Below are positions 38,687 through 49,599 of a DNA stretch of 64,000 nt, one piece after another (positions within the stretch are counted from its first letter, which is position 1; every line of letters starts with the position of its first letter). This stretch comes from a bacterium (GTDB lineage: Bacteria > Bacteroidota > Ignavibacteria > Kapaibacteriales > UBA2268). The notes beneath the pieces are model-generated. The model searched no databases, was not told where the DNA came from, and was given only the letters and a program-made list of their open reading frames with translations. The position numbers and the translations under genes are program-made. The stretch lies in assembly GCA_024711295.1 (NCBI GenBank), contig JANJTB010000026.1, positions 48,808 through 112,807 of the forward strand, written 5' to 3'.

Positions 38687-39511
38687 ATGAGCTCTAATAT
38701 ACCTATTCCCATACCTAAAGATGAAACATCAGAAGTATCGCAATTTGAAAATTTTATTGAAATAGTTAAAATTTTAAGAAAAGAGTGCCCATGGGATCGC
38801 AAACAAACGAATGAATCAATAGCACCTCTTATGATTGAGGAAGTTTATGAGGCAATTGATTCAATTTATCAGAAAGATTATAAAGAGTTTTCTAAAGAAC
38901 TTGGCGACTTGTTGCTTCACATAGTTATGCATTCAGTTATGGCTGAGGAATCAGGTCATTTTAATTTGAACGATGTTATTAAAAATATTTCTACAAAGAT
39001 GATACACAGACATCCTCATGTATTTGGTGACACGAATGTTGAAGATGATGTTGAAGTATTACAAAATTGGGAAAAATTGAAACTGACTGAAACAAGTGAT
39101 AAAGATTTAAAAAAGTCAACTTTAGATGGTGTTCCAAACAGCTTACCTGCATTATTGAGAGCCGAGCGAATACAATACAAAGTATCCCGAGTAGGATTTG
39201 ACTGGACAGATAAAAATGATGTTTGGAACAAAATATATGAAGAATTAGATGAATTTAGGCATGAACTTAGCTCAGGCAATAAAGAGAAGGCTCGCCAGGA
39301 ACTTGGAGACTTTATATTTGCAATTGTAAATGCCGCCAGACACGAAGGTATAGTAGCTGAGGAAGCACTTCATTTAACCAACAACAAATTTAAATCAAGA
39401 TTTCAATATATAGAAAAAAAAGCAGGAGAATCAGGAAAAAAGTTAGAAGATATGACTCTTGAAGAAATGGACGAAATTTGGGATGAAGCAAAGAAAGTAT
39501 TACCTCTGTAA
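38687..39511 (+). CDS. mazG: Nucleoside triphosphate pyrophosphohydrolase MazG (tandem MazG domains)
   Basis: 'VKILRKECPWDRKQTNESIAPLMIEEVYE' and a second EExxE/D repeat ('ELDEFRHEL...ELGDFIFAIVNAARHEG'). Confidence 0.85.
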   Translation: MSSNIPIPIPKDETSEVSQFENFIEIVKILRKECPWDRKQTNESIAPLMIEEVYEAIDSIYQKDYKEFSKELGDLLLHIVMHSVMAEESGHFNLNDVIKNISTKMIHRHPHVFGDTNVEDDVEVLQNWEKLKLTETSDKDLKKSTLDGVPNSLPALLRAERIQYKVSRVGFDWTDKNDVWNKIYEELDEFRHELSSGNKEKARQELGDFIFAIVNAARHEGIVAEEALHLTNNKFKSRFQYIEKKAGESGKKLEDMTLEEMDEIWDEAKKVLPL

Positions 39512-39572
39512 ATGAAACAAAGCGTCAATATTTTTATTAACTCAATTTTTTAATTATTAACTGAAAAAAAAG

Positions 39573-40352
39573 ATGGATTTTAAATTTATAAAATTTGAAT
39601 TGGAACAGGACGTATGCGCGATAACTCTTAACAGACCTGATGTTCTTAATTCATTTAATACTGAGATGGGATTAGAACTACAGGAATTGCTTGACTATTG
39701 TGCAACTCACAGTGATATCAGAGCAATTTCAATAACAGGCGAAGGTAGGGCTTTTTGTGCAGGTCAGGATTTAGCTGAAGCAATTAGCGGAAAATTTGAA
39801 ATCGAGCAAATAGTTCGAAACACATACAATCCAATCATTACTAAGATTCGGAATATACCCAAGCCTGTCATCGCTGCTGTTAATGGTGTTGCTGCAGGTG
39901 CAGGTGCAAATATTGCTTTAAGCTGTGATATAGTTATTGCTTCAGATAATTCTTCATTTATTCAATCATTTTCATCTATCGGCTTAATACCTGATAGTGC
40001 CGGAACCTATTTTCTACCAAGGTTAGTTGGAATTGCAAAAGCTACAACCCTGACTATGCTTGGTGAAAAGATTTCAGCATCAGAAGCAGAAAACATCGGA
40101 ATGATCTATAAATCTGTTCCAAAAGATGAATTCGAAAGCTTTGTTGCTGATTTATCTGTAAAATTGGCTAAAATGCCAACTTACGGGTTAGCACTTACCA
40201 AAAAAGCGTTAAATGCTTCGTTTGAAAATTCATTGGATAAGCAACTAAATCTTGAAGCTGAACTGCAAAACCTAGCCGGTGAATCTTATGATTATAAAGA
40301 AGGTGTAAATTCATTTTTAGAAAAAAGAAAACCAACTTTTATTGGAAAATAA
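39573..40352 (+). CDS. Enoyl-CoA hydratase/isomerase (crotonase family)
   Basis: 259 aa. 'AVNGVAAGAGANIALSCDIVIA' oxyanion-hole region and typical crotonase length. Confidence 0.8.
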   Translation: MDFKFIKFELEQDVCAITLNRPDVLNSFNTEMGLELQELLDYCATHSDIRAISITGEGRAFCAGQDLAEAISGKFEIEQIVRNTYNPIITKIRNIPKPVIAAVNGVAAGAGANIALSCDIVIASDNSSFIQSFSSIGLIPDSAGTYFLPRLVGIAKATTLTMLGEKISASEAENIGMIYKSVPKDEFESFVADLSVKLAKMPTYGLALTKKALNASFENSLDKQLNLEAELQNLAGESYDYKEGVNSFLEKRKPTFIGK

Positions 40353-40377
40353 TAAAAATAACGACTAGTAAAACGAT

Positions 40378-41559
40378 ATGTTAAACATAAACAACAACAC
40401 AGATATTGGAGTAATAGGCGCTGGAACCATGGGATCTGGCATCGCACAAGTTGCTGCAAGTGCAGGGCATGCAGTCTATCTTTACGATGCAAATTTTTCC
40501 TCTTGCGAAAAAGCAATTGTTAACCTAAAAAACGGCTTAAACAAATTGGTTGATAAAGGAAAACTCGAACAAAAAAAAGCAGATTCAATTATATCTAATA
40601 TTCATATAATAGATAAACTTGAGAATTTCCAAAAATGTGGGCTCATAATTGAAGCAATAATTGAAGACTTGGATGTCAAAAGAACGTTATTCGGTAAACT
40701 TGAAGACATTTGCGAGCCAACTTGCATTTTTGCTTCTAATACTTCTTCTTTATCAATAGGTTCGATAAGCGGAAATTTAAAAAATCCTGAACGATTTGCT
40801 GGTTTGCACTTTTTTAATCCTGCACAGGTATTACCGCTCGTTGAGGTTGTTCCTTCAGTTTTGACTTCAGACAATATTATTAATGGACTATATGATTTAA
40901 TGAAAGTGTGGGGGAAAACTCCGGTTATTGCTAAAGATACTCCTGGATTTATTGTCAACAAGGTAGCTCGCCCCTACTATGGTGAAGCTTTGAAAATTTA
41001 TGAAGAAGGTTTGGCTGATTTTTCTGAAATTGATTTTGCAATGAAATCAATTGGCAGCTTTAAAATGGGACCGTTCGAACTTATGGACCTCATCGGAAAT
41101 GACGTCAATTATAAAGTCACAGAAACAGTATTCACCGAATTCTATTATGACGGACGTTACAAACCTTCGATAACTCAAAAAAGATACGCTGAAGCCGGAC
41201 TACTTGGTCGTAAATCGGGGCGTGGTTTCTATGACTATTCGAAAGAAACAACTTTTGAAGAAAAAAACTACGATTACAACAAACTAAATTATATTTTTAC
41301 CCGAATTCTGGTAATGTTGATAAATGAAGCAATTGATACATTGTATAGAAACATTGCTTCGAAGGAAGATATAGATTTAGCTGTTATAAAAGGAGTTAAT
41401 TACCCCAAAGGATTGCTAAAGTGGGCTGATGAATTAGGCTTAGAATTTGTGTATGATGAATTAAATTCTCTTTATACACTTTACCTGGAAGATAGGTATC
41501 GTCCATGCCCATTATTAAAGAAAATGATAGACTCAAGTAAGAAATTTTATAACGAATAA
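40378..41559 (+). CDS. 3-hydroxyacyl-CoA dehydrogenase with a duplicated C-terminal domain (PaaH/FadB'-like)
   Basis: Rossmann 'IGVIGAGTMGSGIAQVAA', 'GFIVNK' and an extra C-terminal 3HCDH_C-like repeat. Confidence 0.8.
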   Translation: MLNINNNTDIGVIGAGTMGSGIAQVAASAGHAVYLYDANFSSCEKAIVNLKNGLNKLVDKGKLEQKKADSIISNIHIIDKLENFQKCGLIIEAIIEDLDVKRTLFGKLEDICEPTCIFASNTSSLSIGSISGNLKNPERFAGLHFFNPAQVLPLVEVVPSVLTSDNIINGLYDLMKVWGKTPVIAKDTPGFIVNKVARPYYGEALKIYEEGLADFSEIDFAMKSIGSFKMGPFELMDLIGNDVNYKVTETVFTEFYYDGRYKPSITQKRYAEAGLLGRKSGRGFYDYSKETTFEEKNYDYNKLNYIFTRILVMLINEAIDTLYRNIASKEDIDLAVIKGVNYPKGLLKWADELGLEFVYDELNSLYTLYLEDRYRPCPLLKKMIDSSKKFYNE

Positions 41560-41571
41560 ATGTGAGATTAT

Positions 41572-42684
41572 ATGTCGGGTATTGAAATTCCAGATTATGT
41601 ACAAGCATTAGATCCATATAAACCGGGAAATCAAAAGAAAGCAGTCAAATTGAGAGAAAATGTAAGTGAAATTATTGCACTTGCATCTAACGAAAACCCT
41701 CTCGGTACTTCTCCAAAAGTACTCACAGCAATTACTGAGGCTGCAAAGAGTTCCGGCCTATATCCAGACCCCGGATCATCTGAGCTGGTTAATTTGTTAG
41801 CTCAAAGATTTAATAAAAGACCATCTCAAATAGTTTGTGGTCACGGGTCCGAATCACTTATAGCTCATATTGTTAATGCATTTTCTGATATAAATACCAG
41901 AGTCCTTACTTCAGTAGGTACTTTCGCAGGTATTTATGTAAAAACTCATAAAATAGGCAGAATTATCAATCAAGTTCCATTATTTAAGTGGAAATATGAT
42001 TTGGAAGGTATCATAAACAGGATTCAAACCAACACTAAAATAATTTACATATCGAATCCAAATAATCCTACCGGCTCAATGATAACAAAAGAAGAGTTCG
42101 AATGGTTTATTGCCAGAGTACCAAAGAATATTTTAATAGTCCTAGATGAAGCTTATTCTGTCTATGGTGCACAGCATGAAAATTATCTTGACGGACTCGA
42201 ATATGATTTACCAAACCTTTTGATACTGCAAACTCTGTCGAAAACCCATGGTTTAGCCGGTCTAAGAGTAGGATATGCAATTGGTCCTGAAAATCTCATT
42301 GATATATTATATAAAGTAAAATTACCATTCGAACCAAGTATAATAGCTCAAAAAGCCGCTGTTGCATCGCTTCAGGACGAGAATTTTGTAAATGAAACAA
42401 TCAGAATTAATAAAATCGGACTTGATATGCTTGTAAATACTTTCAAAAAATTAGACATAGAGTATGTTGAGCCAAAAGCAAACTTTATTATGATATTACT
42501 TGATAATGAAAGTATGGTCGAAAAGTTCGTTACTCATTCTTACGAACATGGGGTATCTATAAGAAATTGTAAACCATTTGGAATTCCGCGTGGTATAAGA
42601 ATAAGCACGGGAACAATAGAACAAACTGAATATGCATGCAAGGTTTTTGAGCACGTTTATGAAGAAATTAAAAATATAGATTAA
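41572..42684 (+). CDS. Class I/II PLP aminotransferase, histidinol-phosphate aminotransferase-like
   Basis: 370 aa. PLP-lysine region 'LQTLSKTHGLAGLRVGYAIG' typical of the HisC/CobD family. 12 nt downstream of the dehydrogenase. Confidence 0.7.
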   Translation: MSGIEIPDYVQALDPYKPGNQKKAVKLRENVSEIIALASNENPLGTSPKVLTAITEAAKSSGLYPDPGSSELVNLLAQRFNKRPSQIVCGHGSESLIAHIVNAFSDINTRVLTSVGTFAGIYVKTHKIGRIINQVPLFKWKYDLEGIINRIQTNTKIIYISNPNNPTGSMITKEEFEWFIARVPKNILIVLDEAYSVYGAQHENYLDGLEYDLPNLLILQTLSKTHGLAGLRVGYAIGPENLIDILYKVKLPFEPSIIAQKAAVASLQDENFVNETIRINKIGLDMLVNTFKKLDIEYVEPKANFIMILLDNESMVEKFVTHSYEHGVSIRNCKPFGIPRGIRISTGTIEQTEYACKVFEHVYEEIKNID

Positions 42685-42784
42685 TTAAATAAATTTAGAT
42701 TGCCAATTAGCAATATTTAAAAATTTTGTTCGATATAATTACATAAATAAAATGTTTTTTAAAATTTAATTTAAGGATAATAAA

Positions 42785-43825
42785 ATGAAAAAATTATTTA
42801 CTATTTTATCAGTATCTTTATTTATTCTTGTATCTTGTGGTGGAGAAAAAGAAGATGCTTCAACACCCGAATCTCAGTTATCACCCGAAGCAAAAACAGA
42901 GCTTTTAAACAGAGCTAAACAAATTTTTGGAGCACTTCCGGATGTAATGCCAGGCTCAGAGAATGATACTCCAGAATTGGTTGCATTAGGCAAAACACTT
43001 TACTTTGATACCAGATTATCGGCTACCGGAACGCAATCATGTAATACATGCCATGATGTTACAAATGGTATTGCAGGCGTTGATAACAAAAAGGTTTCTC
43101 CGGGTGCTATAGATGGCAAAGAAGGTACTCGTAACTCCCCTACAGTCTTAAATTCCGGTTTTCAGTTTGTTCAATTTTGGGATGGCAGATCTCCTGATTT
43201 GAAAGACCAGGCAAAAGGTCCAATACTTAATCCGGTTGAAATGGCAATGCCAAGCGAGAAGGAAGTTGAAAAAGTTATAGGAGCTATTCCGGAATATCAG
43301 GATATGTTTTCAAAAGCATTCCCGGGTGTTAAAAATGCAATCACCTATGACAATTTAGCACATGCAATTGCTGCATTCGAACGCAAAATGGTTTCAAAAT
43401 CAAGGTTTGATGATTATATCAACGGTAATCCAACAGCATTGAATGACCAAGAATTGACCGGTTTGAAAACTTTTATTGATGTTGGATGTATTACTTGCCA
43501 TACAGGACCATTATTTGGTGGTAAAATGTATCAAAAAATGGGATTAATCAAGCCTTACTCAAACGACAAAGATTTTGGCAGATTTGACGTAACAAAGAAC
43601 GAAGCTGATAAGTTTATTTTCAAAGTATCCCAACTAAGAAACATTACTTTAACTGCACCATATTTCCATGACGGAGCTGCACAGTCTTTGGATGAAGCTA
43701 TCAAAGTTATGGCTGATATAAATCTTGGAAAACAGTTGACAGACAAAGAGCTTTCGGATATCAAGGCTTTCCTAAAAGCTTTGACTGATAAAGATTTGGA
43801 AAAAGGCATAGCTAAACAATTTTAA
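42785..43825 (+). CDS. ccp: Di-haem cytochrome c peroxidase (CCP/MauG family), exported
   Basis: Signal peptide. Two haem-binding motifs 'CNTCHD' and 'CITCHTGPLFGG'. 'PYFHDGAAQSLDEA' conserved region. Confidence 0.85.
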   Translation: MKKLFTILSVSLFILVSCGGEKEDASTPESQLSPEAKTELLNRAKQIFGALPDVMPGSENDTPELVALGKTLYFDTRLSATGTQSCNTCHDVTNGIAGVDNKKVSPGAIDGKEGTRNSPTVLNSGFQFVQFWDGRSPDLKDQAKGPILNPVEMAMPSEKEVEKVIGAIPEYQDMFSKAFPGVKNAITYDNLAHAIAAFERKMVSKSRFDDYINGNPTALNDQELTGLKTFIDVGCITCHTGPLFGGKMYQKMGLIKPYSNDKDFGRFDVTKNEADKFIFKVSQLRNITLTAPYFHDGAAQSLDEAIKVMADINLGKQLTDKELSDIKAFLKALTDKDLEKGIAKQF

Positions 43826-43854
43826 TGTTTATTAAAATATAATGCAAAATTTAC

Positions 43855-43885
43855 TGACTCCCGATATTTCTCGGGAGTTTTTTAT
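43855..43885 (+). terminator. Rho-independent terminator after ccp
   Basis: GACTCCCGA-tattt-TCGGGAGT hairpin at 43856-43878 followed by TTTTTT. Confidence 0.6.
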
Positions 43886-43953
43886 ATTCAAAACTGAAAT
43901 AATTCTTCATTAAATCGTTTATTTAAAATTATGTTAACCTAACTTAGAATTTT

Positions 43954-45348
43954 ATGCAATTAGATATACCTATTTTGAGTAAACGCACCAATGGTGACAT
44001 TGAAAACCATACTAAAATTACTACTTCATCCGGGAATGGAAAAAAAGTCTATATTGAAACTTATGGCTGCCAAATGAATGTAAATGATTCTGAAATAGTT
44101 GCCGGAATCCTCCAAAAAAGTGGTTATGGAGTCACAGACAGAATCGAAAATTCTGACGTAATTTTACTCAACACCTGCTCAGTAAGGGATAATGCAGAAC
44201 AAAAAATTGACAAGCGACTACAACATTTAAGACATTACCGAAAAAAGAATTCTAAGCTTGTTGTTGGAATATTAGGTTGCATGGCTGAAAGGCTGAGAGG
44301 ACAGCTGATGGGTAAGCAGGACTTGGTAAGTATCGTTGTTGGTCCTGACGAATATCGTAGAGTTCCTGAACTAATTGATCAGGCATTAGGTGGAGAGCAA
44401 GGCATAGCAGTAAAATTAAGCAGAGTTGAAACCTATGATGACATAATTCCATTAAGGACTGAAGGTATTAGTGCCTGGTTATCAATCATGAGAGGTTGTG
44501 ATAAGTTTTGTACTTACTGTGTTGTCCCTTATACCCGAGGAAGAGAGCGTTCAAAACCTTTTGATATAGTGATTAAAGAAATAGTCCAGCTTCATGAACA
44601 GGGATTTAAAGAAGTGACTTTGCTTGGGCAAAATGTGAACAGTTACATTGACATGGATAAGAAAGTTGACTTTGCTAAGCTTCTCGATGAATGTGCTAAA
44701 GCTGTACCTACGATGCGCATTAGATATACAACTTCACATCCCTATGATATGACAGATGAATTAATCGAAACAATGGCGAAGCATAAAAATATTTGTAATT
44801 ATATTCATTTACCTGTTCAATCCGGTTCGGATAAAATTTTGAAGCTTATGAACCGGCATTATACCATTGAGCATTATATTGAGCGAATGAATTTAATTAA
44901 AAAGCATATTCCAAATGTTGCTTTATCTACTGATATAATTTCAGGATTTCCAACTGAGACAGAGGAAGATCATCAGCAAACACTTGATTTGATGAAGATT
45001 GTACGTTATGATGGAGCTTATATGTTTAATTATTCTCCACGTTCAAAAACAAAGTCGTACATGATGGTAGATGACGTACCCGAAGATGTAAAAAAAAGAA
45101 GGTTAAATGAAATAATTGAACTTCAGAATCAAATTGCAGCAGAGATTAATCTTAGTGAACGTGGGTTAATTCATGAGGTACTTGTCGAAGGTCCAAGCAA
45201 AAAAAATAAATTGCAGTGGCAAGGTAGAACTGACACTAATAAAGTTGTCATTTTTGACAATCCCGAAGGAAATTATAAAACCGGAGATTTAATTAATTGC
45301 ACAATTAACAATTCTACATCTGCAACTTTATTTGGTAGTGTAATTTAA
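43954..45348 (+). CDS. miaB: tRNA-i6A37 methylthiotransferase (radical SAM, MiaB)
   Basis: MTTase N-domain 'KVYIETYGCQMN'. Radical-SAM 'CDKFCTYCVVP'. C-terminal TRAM domain. Confidence 0.9.
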   Translation: MQLDIPILSKRTNGDIENHTKITTSSGNGKKVYIETYGCQMNVNDSEIVAGILQKSGYGVTDRIENSDVILLNTCSVRDNAEQKIDKRLQHLRHYRKKNSKLVVGILGCMAERLRGQLMGKQDLVSIVVGPDEYRRVPELIDQALGGEQGIAVKLSRVETYDDIIPLRTEGISAWLSIMRGCDKFCTYCVVPYTRGRERSKPFDIVIKEIVQLHEQGFKEVTLLGQNVNSYIDMDKKVDFAKLLDECAKAVPTMRIRYTTSHPYDMTDELIETMAKHKNICNYIHLPVQSGSDKILKLMNRHYTIEHYIERMNLIKKHIPNVALSTDIISGFPTETEEDHQQTLDLMKIVRYDGAYMFNYSPRSKTKSYMMVDDVPEDVKKRRLNEIIELQNQIAAEINLSERGLIHEVLVEGPSKKNKLQWQGRTDTNKVVIFDNPEGNYKTGDLINCTINNSTSATLFGSVI

Positions 45349-45371
45349 TAATCACGATTTGAAATAAATGT

Positions 45372-45408
45372 AAAACCCTTCTCAGTATTGACTTTGAAGG
45401 GTTTTTTA
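45372..45408 (+). terminator. Rho-independent terminator after miaB (between convergent miaB and the T9SS cargo gene)
   Basis: AAACCCTTC-tcagtattgacttt-GAAGGGTTT hairpin at 45373-45404, then a T-run at 45402-45407. Confidence 0.6.
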
Positions 45409-45423
45409 TTTACCTCGTTCTAA

Positions 45424-48400
45424 TTACTTATTGATAGTAAATTTCTTTGTATCACTAAAAGGACCCGAACGTAATTGATAAAAATATACTCCGGAACTCA
45501 GTTGTTCAAGATTTACATTTGTAGTGTGATTGCCTTTGCTCAAATTTTCATCTATTAGGTTATAAATTAATTCTCCATAAGAATTATATAATTTGAGCTC
45601 AGTATATGCACTGATACCTATACTGAAATCTATATTGACAGTATTTTTTGAAATGGGGTTAGGGTTTATGCTGTTCAAAGAATACTTACTATCATTAAAC
45701 TTCAGTACTCGTATATCATTTCCGCATACTGGCTCTAAATTAACTCTTGATTTTGAAGGATTTATCTTAATACAATCATTATCTGTCGGTTCAATCATAA
45801 TCGAGATGTCAGAATAGTCCTCAGATTCATTAGGAAAATATGTAACAAAATTCAATTTAAATAAATCAATTTCGCTTGTGATTCTTTGGTCTGTGATGGA
45901 GTGCATTCTAAAGGTTAAATCTTCATTTATTGAATTCGTTAAATTATCAATTTTGAAAAAACCATCTAACTTAGGATTAATTGTTACCGAGCCTTCAATA
46001 TACTGCAATATATTTTTATTATAATCAAAAATAATTTTGAAATCATTTAGATTGGCATTTAAAAATTCAGAAGATGAATTAACTCTAATACTTATTTCAA
46101 CAGTATCAGAAATCGAAGCAGTTTGCTGTACAGGCGATAAATAAGAATCTGTTTCGTAGTACAATGGCTTTCCACTAAATGTTGCAATCTTTTTTATCAA
46201 TGGATTTTTGAAATCATGAACGACAAGGTTAACACTTCTGGGAGTTAAATCAGTAGGTTTGTAAAGAATATCAATATCCTTATATTCTCCAGGGTACAAT
46301 GTAAATCCATTTGACAATTCTGGTTCTATTATACTGAAGTCAGGTTGATAGTTCTCAAATATCAGATTACCCAGTTTAATTTCTTTCTGACTATTATTTC
46401 TTATAACACCCTTAATTATTGTTCCTTCTCCGAGGCATGATTCACCTACTCCTCCGGTAAATGACATTTGTTGCTCCATACCATAACCATTTAAAGTAAT
46501 GATAGCAGTATCCAGAGCATCACTGATTACAGCAAATTCTGAGCTACTTTTACCCTCAAATTGAGCAACATACGCAGAATATAAAGTGTGACTTCTTCCG
46601 GGTGGTATAATCAATGGAAAATTAATAACCTGCTTATCAAGCTTGAATCCTTTATTACCGTAATTTGCCCATACATCTGATATTGACTCTTCATCAAATA
46701 GTTTAAGATCATAAATCACTAAAGTATCGCAGAACTCCCATATTTCAGAACCTAAATTCTTTAGTTCTATCTTTCGGATAGAAGGTTGTTCGTAGTTGTC
46801 AACAATAGTTGTATCAAAATCAATAATTTGTGATTCAATTTTAGGTACTGTTCCGAATCCTGAAAGCTCAGTTTTCGTTGTATTCGGAAAATCAGTAATG
46901 TATCTGAAAGCTAAATAATGATATCCTTGCTTGACAGGTCTAAATTGTACTTTGAAATCAAAGGATTCACCTGCTTTAATCTTAAGGTTGTTGAAAATTT
47001 GTCTATTGAATTCGAAAGCATCCTGATTGTACTCATCAACGATCTCAATTCCTTTGATATTTATATCTGACTGACCAGTATTTGTTACAGAAATTGATTG
47101 TCTTGAATTTTCAATAGAGTAAGGACCGGAAGGGAACATGTTTCTAAAAATTCTCTTTTTGCCCCAATAATATGAATCAGCAACTAATCCAGGTGGAATA
47201 CCGCGCCCATTTATATAACATTTGTTATCACCAATATCTGAATTATTCTCAAATGATATTACATCGGATAAAGTTGCTTCTGTGGTTGGAGAATACTCTA
47301 CCGTAAACAAATATTTAGAATCAGGTTTAATGACTAATGGTCCACCTGAGCTGAAGTCATGCTTAAAAAAGAATTTTAGTTCACTGCTTTTGGGACCTGA
47401 ATATCCCGTTATAACTAAATCTGATACTCCATTATTATAAATTGCAGCATCTTTTGAAATTACATTTCCAAGTGTTACATCAGCAAAATTAATATCACTT
47501 ACTTCAATTAGGGGGCTGCCGACAACTGCTTCGATATGTGTTTTAAAAGAAAATCTGCAATCATCTCCATAACCAATAGAATCAATAAAAGTACCTGAAG
47601 CATCAGATGTAAATTTCACTAATATTTTAACTGCATCGCCTTTAACTAATGTAATAGGAAGCTGGGGCTTATCTATAATTTCGAAGCCTGAATCTTTTGA
47701 TTTAAGTTCAATTTTGGAAATAATTGAGTTTGTATCCCCATTATTTTTGATGATAAATTCTTTTGTTAAACTCTCGTCGCCAATATTAAATGAGCCATAA
47801 TTTTCGTAGTTTGTGTTAATTTGATTCATAGATGACTTGAAATTTACCTCGTATCTTGAGTAGTTACCAGCTACATCCCAAAAAACCAAAACTGCTTTGC
47901 CGTCTTTTTCGAGATTAATAATCCTAAAATTCCATTTTGCTGTGGTACTGATTCCTGCCATAATGTTATCAAAATCACCTTTTACAACATTGTAGGATTC
48001 ATCACTCAAGAAAATTACTCCGCCTAAGTTAGAACGTTCTTTTGAATCAGGTAAATCCTTTACTGTACCTTTGATTAAACCATCGCAATCAATTTCCCAC
48101 TTTGCAATTGGTGCTTCGTTATCATTAGATGTATTTGAAAAAACTCTAAACCCACCATTAAACCCAAATGAACCTTCTTTATTGAATCCATATACATAAG
48201 CTGTAAATTTATCAATAGCAGTAACTGAATATTGTGTTAAAGGGTCTGTTTTCAGAGTTATCAAAGAATAATTCTTTATATCATCTACATCTAATTTATG
48301 TACAAAATTTAAATTCTTTATGGGAATATACTCGTAATTTGTACCTACTCTTTTACCAAGCATTAAATCATCAGGAACAGCACCTGAAACGCTCTTTTTG

Positions 48401-49599
48401 TAAATGATTGATAAATAGTTGTGCTGAAAACCTTCACCTGTTGACAAGGAAGGATTAGTATATCCAATGCTACTTACATAATTACTAACCGGATTCAGTA
48501 ATATTTGGAAAGGATCACCGGGTGGTTCTGGTAATCCATCCTCTTCTACACCGGAATTATACATAGTTATGGAAATTGGTTTATCTGCTGAAATTGTTCC
48601 AACTGATGAAGCAACTTTTTCGTTTAATCTTATTTCAATAAATCCCTGATTGATAACACCACCTGACTTCTCAATCATCGAATAAAAATTTCCATTTAAA
48701 AAAATACTTGTTTGATCTTCTTTGGCATATACACGCAGTACAGGACTAAATTTACGACCGGCTATAATTGGGATATGGAATTCATTTCCCCAATATTTAC
48801 TCGACAAATCCATTTCGACAATGTATCCGGAATATTTGTTTTGAATCGGAATATTTGCTGAATGATTTGCTGAGATAACAGATACAGGATAATTTGATGT
48901 TATTTTGCTACCGGATAGATCACCATTTCTACCCTTGGATGATATCATCCAAACATCACCCTTGTTAACAATTTTCTTAACTATTTGTCCGGGCAATTGG
49001 CCTGAAGAGCTTTGTGTACTATTATTGCCTCCCAATGTGAAACTTACTTCGGTACCATCGTAAACACCAACAATTCCTACGAGAGATGGAAAGCTATTAT
49101 ATGCTGGGTAATAAACAGAAGCATCACCATAAGATGAAACAATGTACTCTGTGCCTAATAATGTGACTGGATATACAGAAAAACCTTCACTTGTGCTGGA
49201 GTATCCGACCAAGGCATTAACAGTTATAGGAAGTTCTGATGTTATATTAATTGCTGTATTTTTATAAATTTCACTCGGTTGTACAGGATCTAGTGCCCCT
49301 TTTAGATATGGTTGAGCCAACTCGGGACCAATGCTGATTTCATCTGAAATATCTGATTTTAATTTGACACTTTTCTGAAATCCTCTCCCGGGAATTTTTA
49401 CGACAACATCTGTATCAAAATCAGAATTTAAAATAATTCTCACAAAATTATTTGTCGAGTTTTGTTCAATTAGTGCAGGTGGTACTGTAAAAATAAATTC
49501 GGTACCACTTGTTGAGTTAATATACTTTTCATAATTTTGTTCAGCTTGGAGGCAAACACTGACAACAAGAAAAACAAACATGAGCGTAATTATTTTCAT
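45424..49599 (-). CDS. Large secreted T9SS cargo protein (1391 aa), function unknown
   Basis: N-terminal signal peptide. The C-terminus '...LSSGVYFYQLRSGPFSDTKKFTINK' matches the Por/T9SS C-terminal sorting-domain pattern. Confidence 0.6.
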   Translation of the reverse strand: MKIITLMFVFLVVSVCLQAEQNYEKYINSTSGTEFIFTVPPALIEQNSTNNFVRIILNSDFDTDVVVKIPGRGFQKSVKLKSDISDEISIGPELAQPYLKGALDPVQPSEIYKNTAINITSELPITVNALVGYSSTSEGFSVYPVTLLGTEYIVSSYGDASVYYPAYNSFPSLVGIVGVYDGTEVSFTLGGNNSTQSSSGQLPGQIVKKIVNKGDVWMISSKGRNGDLSGSKITSNYPVSVISANHSANIPIQNKYSGYIVEMDLSSKYWGNEFHIPIIAGRKFSPVLRVYAKEDQTSIFLNGNFYSMIEKSGGVINQGFIEIRLNEKVASSVGTISADKPISITMYNSGVEEDGLPEPPGDPFQILLNPVSNYVSSIGYTNPSLSTGEGFQHNYLSIIYKKSVSGAVPDDLMLGKRVGTNYEYIPIKNLNFVHKLDVDDIKNYSLITLKTDPLTQYSVTAIDKFTAYVYGFNKEGSFGFNGGFRVFSNTSNDNEAPIAKWEIDCDGLIKGTVKDLPDSKERSNLGGVIFLSDESYNVVKGDFDNIMAGISTTAKWNFRIINLEKDGKAVLVFWDVAGNYSRYEVNFKSSMNQINTNYENYGSFNIGDESLTKEFIIKNNGDTNSIISKIELKSKDSGFEIIDKPQLPITLVKGDAVKILVKFTSDASGTFIDSIGYGDDCRFSFKTHIEAVVGSPLIEVSDINFADVTLGNVISKDAAIYNNGVSDLVITGYSGPKSSELKFFFKHDFSSGGPLVIKPDSKYLFTVEYSPTTEATLSDVISFENNSDIGDNKCYINGRGIPPGLVADSYYWGKKRIFRNMFPSGPYSIENSRQSISVTNTGQSDINIKGIEIVDEYNQDAFEFNRQIFNNLKIKAGESFDFKVQFRPVKQGYHYLAFRYITDFPNTTKTELSGFGTVPKIESQIIDFDTTIVDNYEQPSIRKIELKNLGSEIWEFCDTLVIYDLKLFDEESISDVWANYGNKGFKLDKQVINFPLIIPPGRSHTLYSAYVAQFEGKSSSEFAVISDALDTAIITLNGYGMEQQMSFTGGVGESCLGEGTIIKGVIRNNSQKEIKLGNLIFENYQPDFSIIEPELSNGFTLYPGEYKDIDILYKPTDLTPRSVNLVVHDFKNPLIKKIATFSGKPLYYETDSYLSPVQQTASISDTVEISIRVNSSSEFLNANLNDFKIIFDYNKNILQYIEGSVTINPKLDGFFKIDNLTNSINEDLTFRMHSITDQRITSEIDLFKLNFVTYFPNESEDYSDISIMIEPTDNDCIKINPSKSRVNLEPVCGNDIRVLKFNDSKYSLNSINPNPISKNTVNIDFSIGISAYTELKLYNSYGELIYNLIDENLSKGNHTTNVNLEQLSSGVYFYQLRSGPFSDTKKFTINK

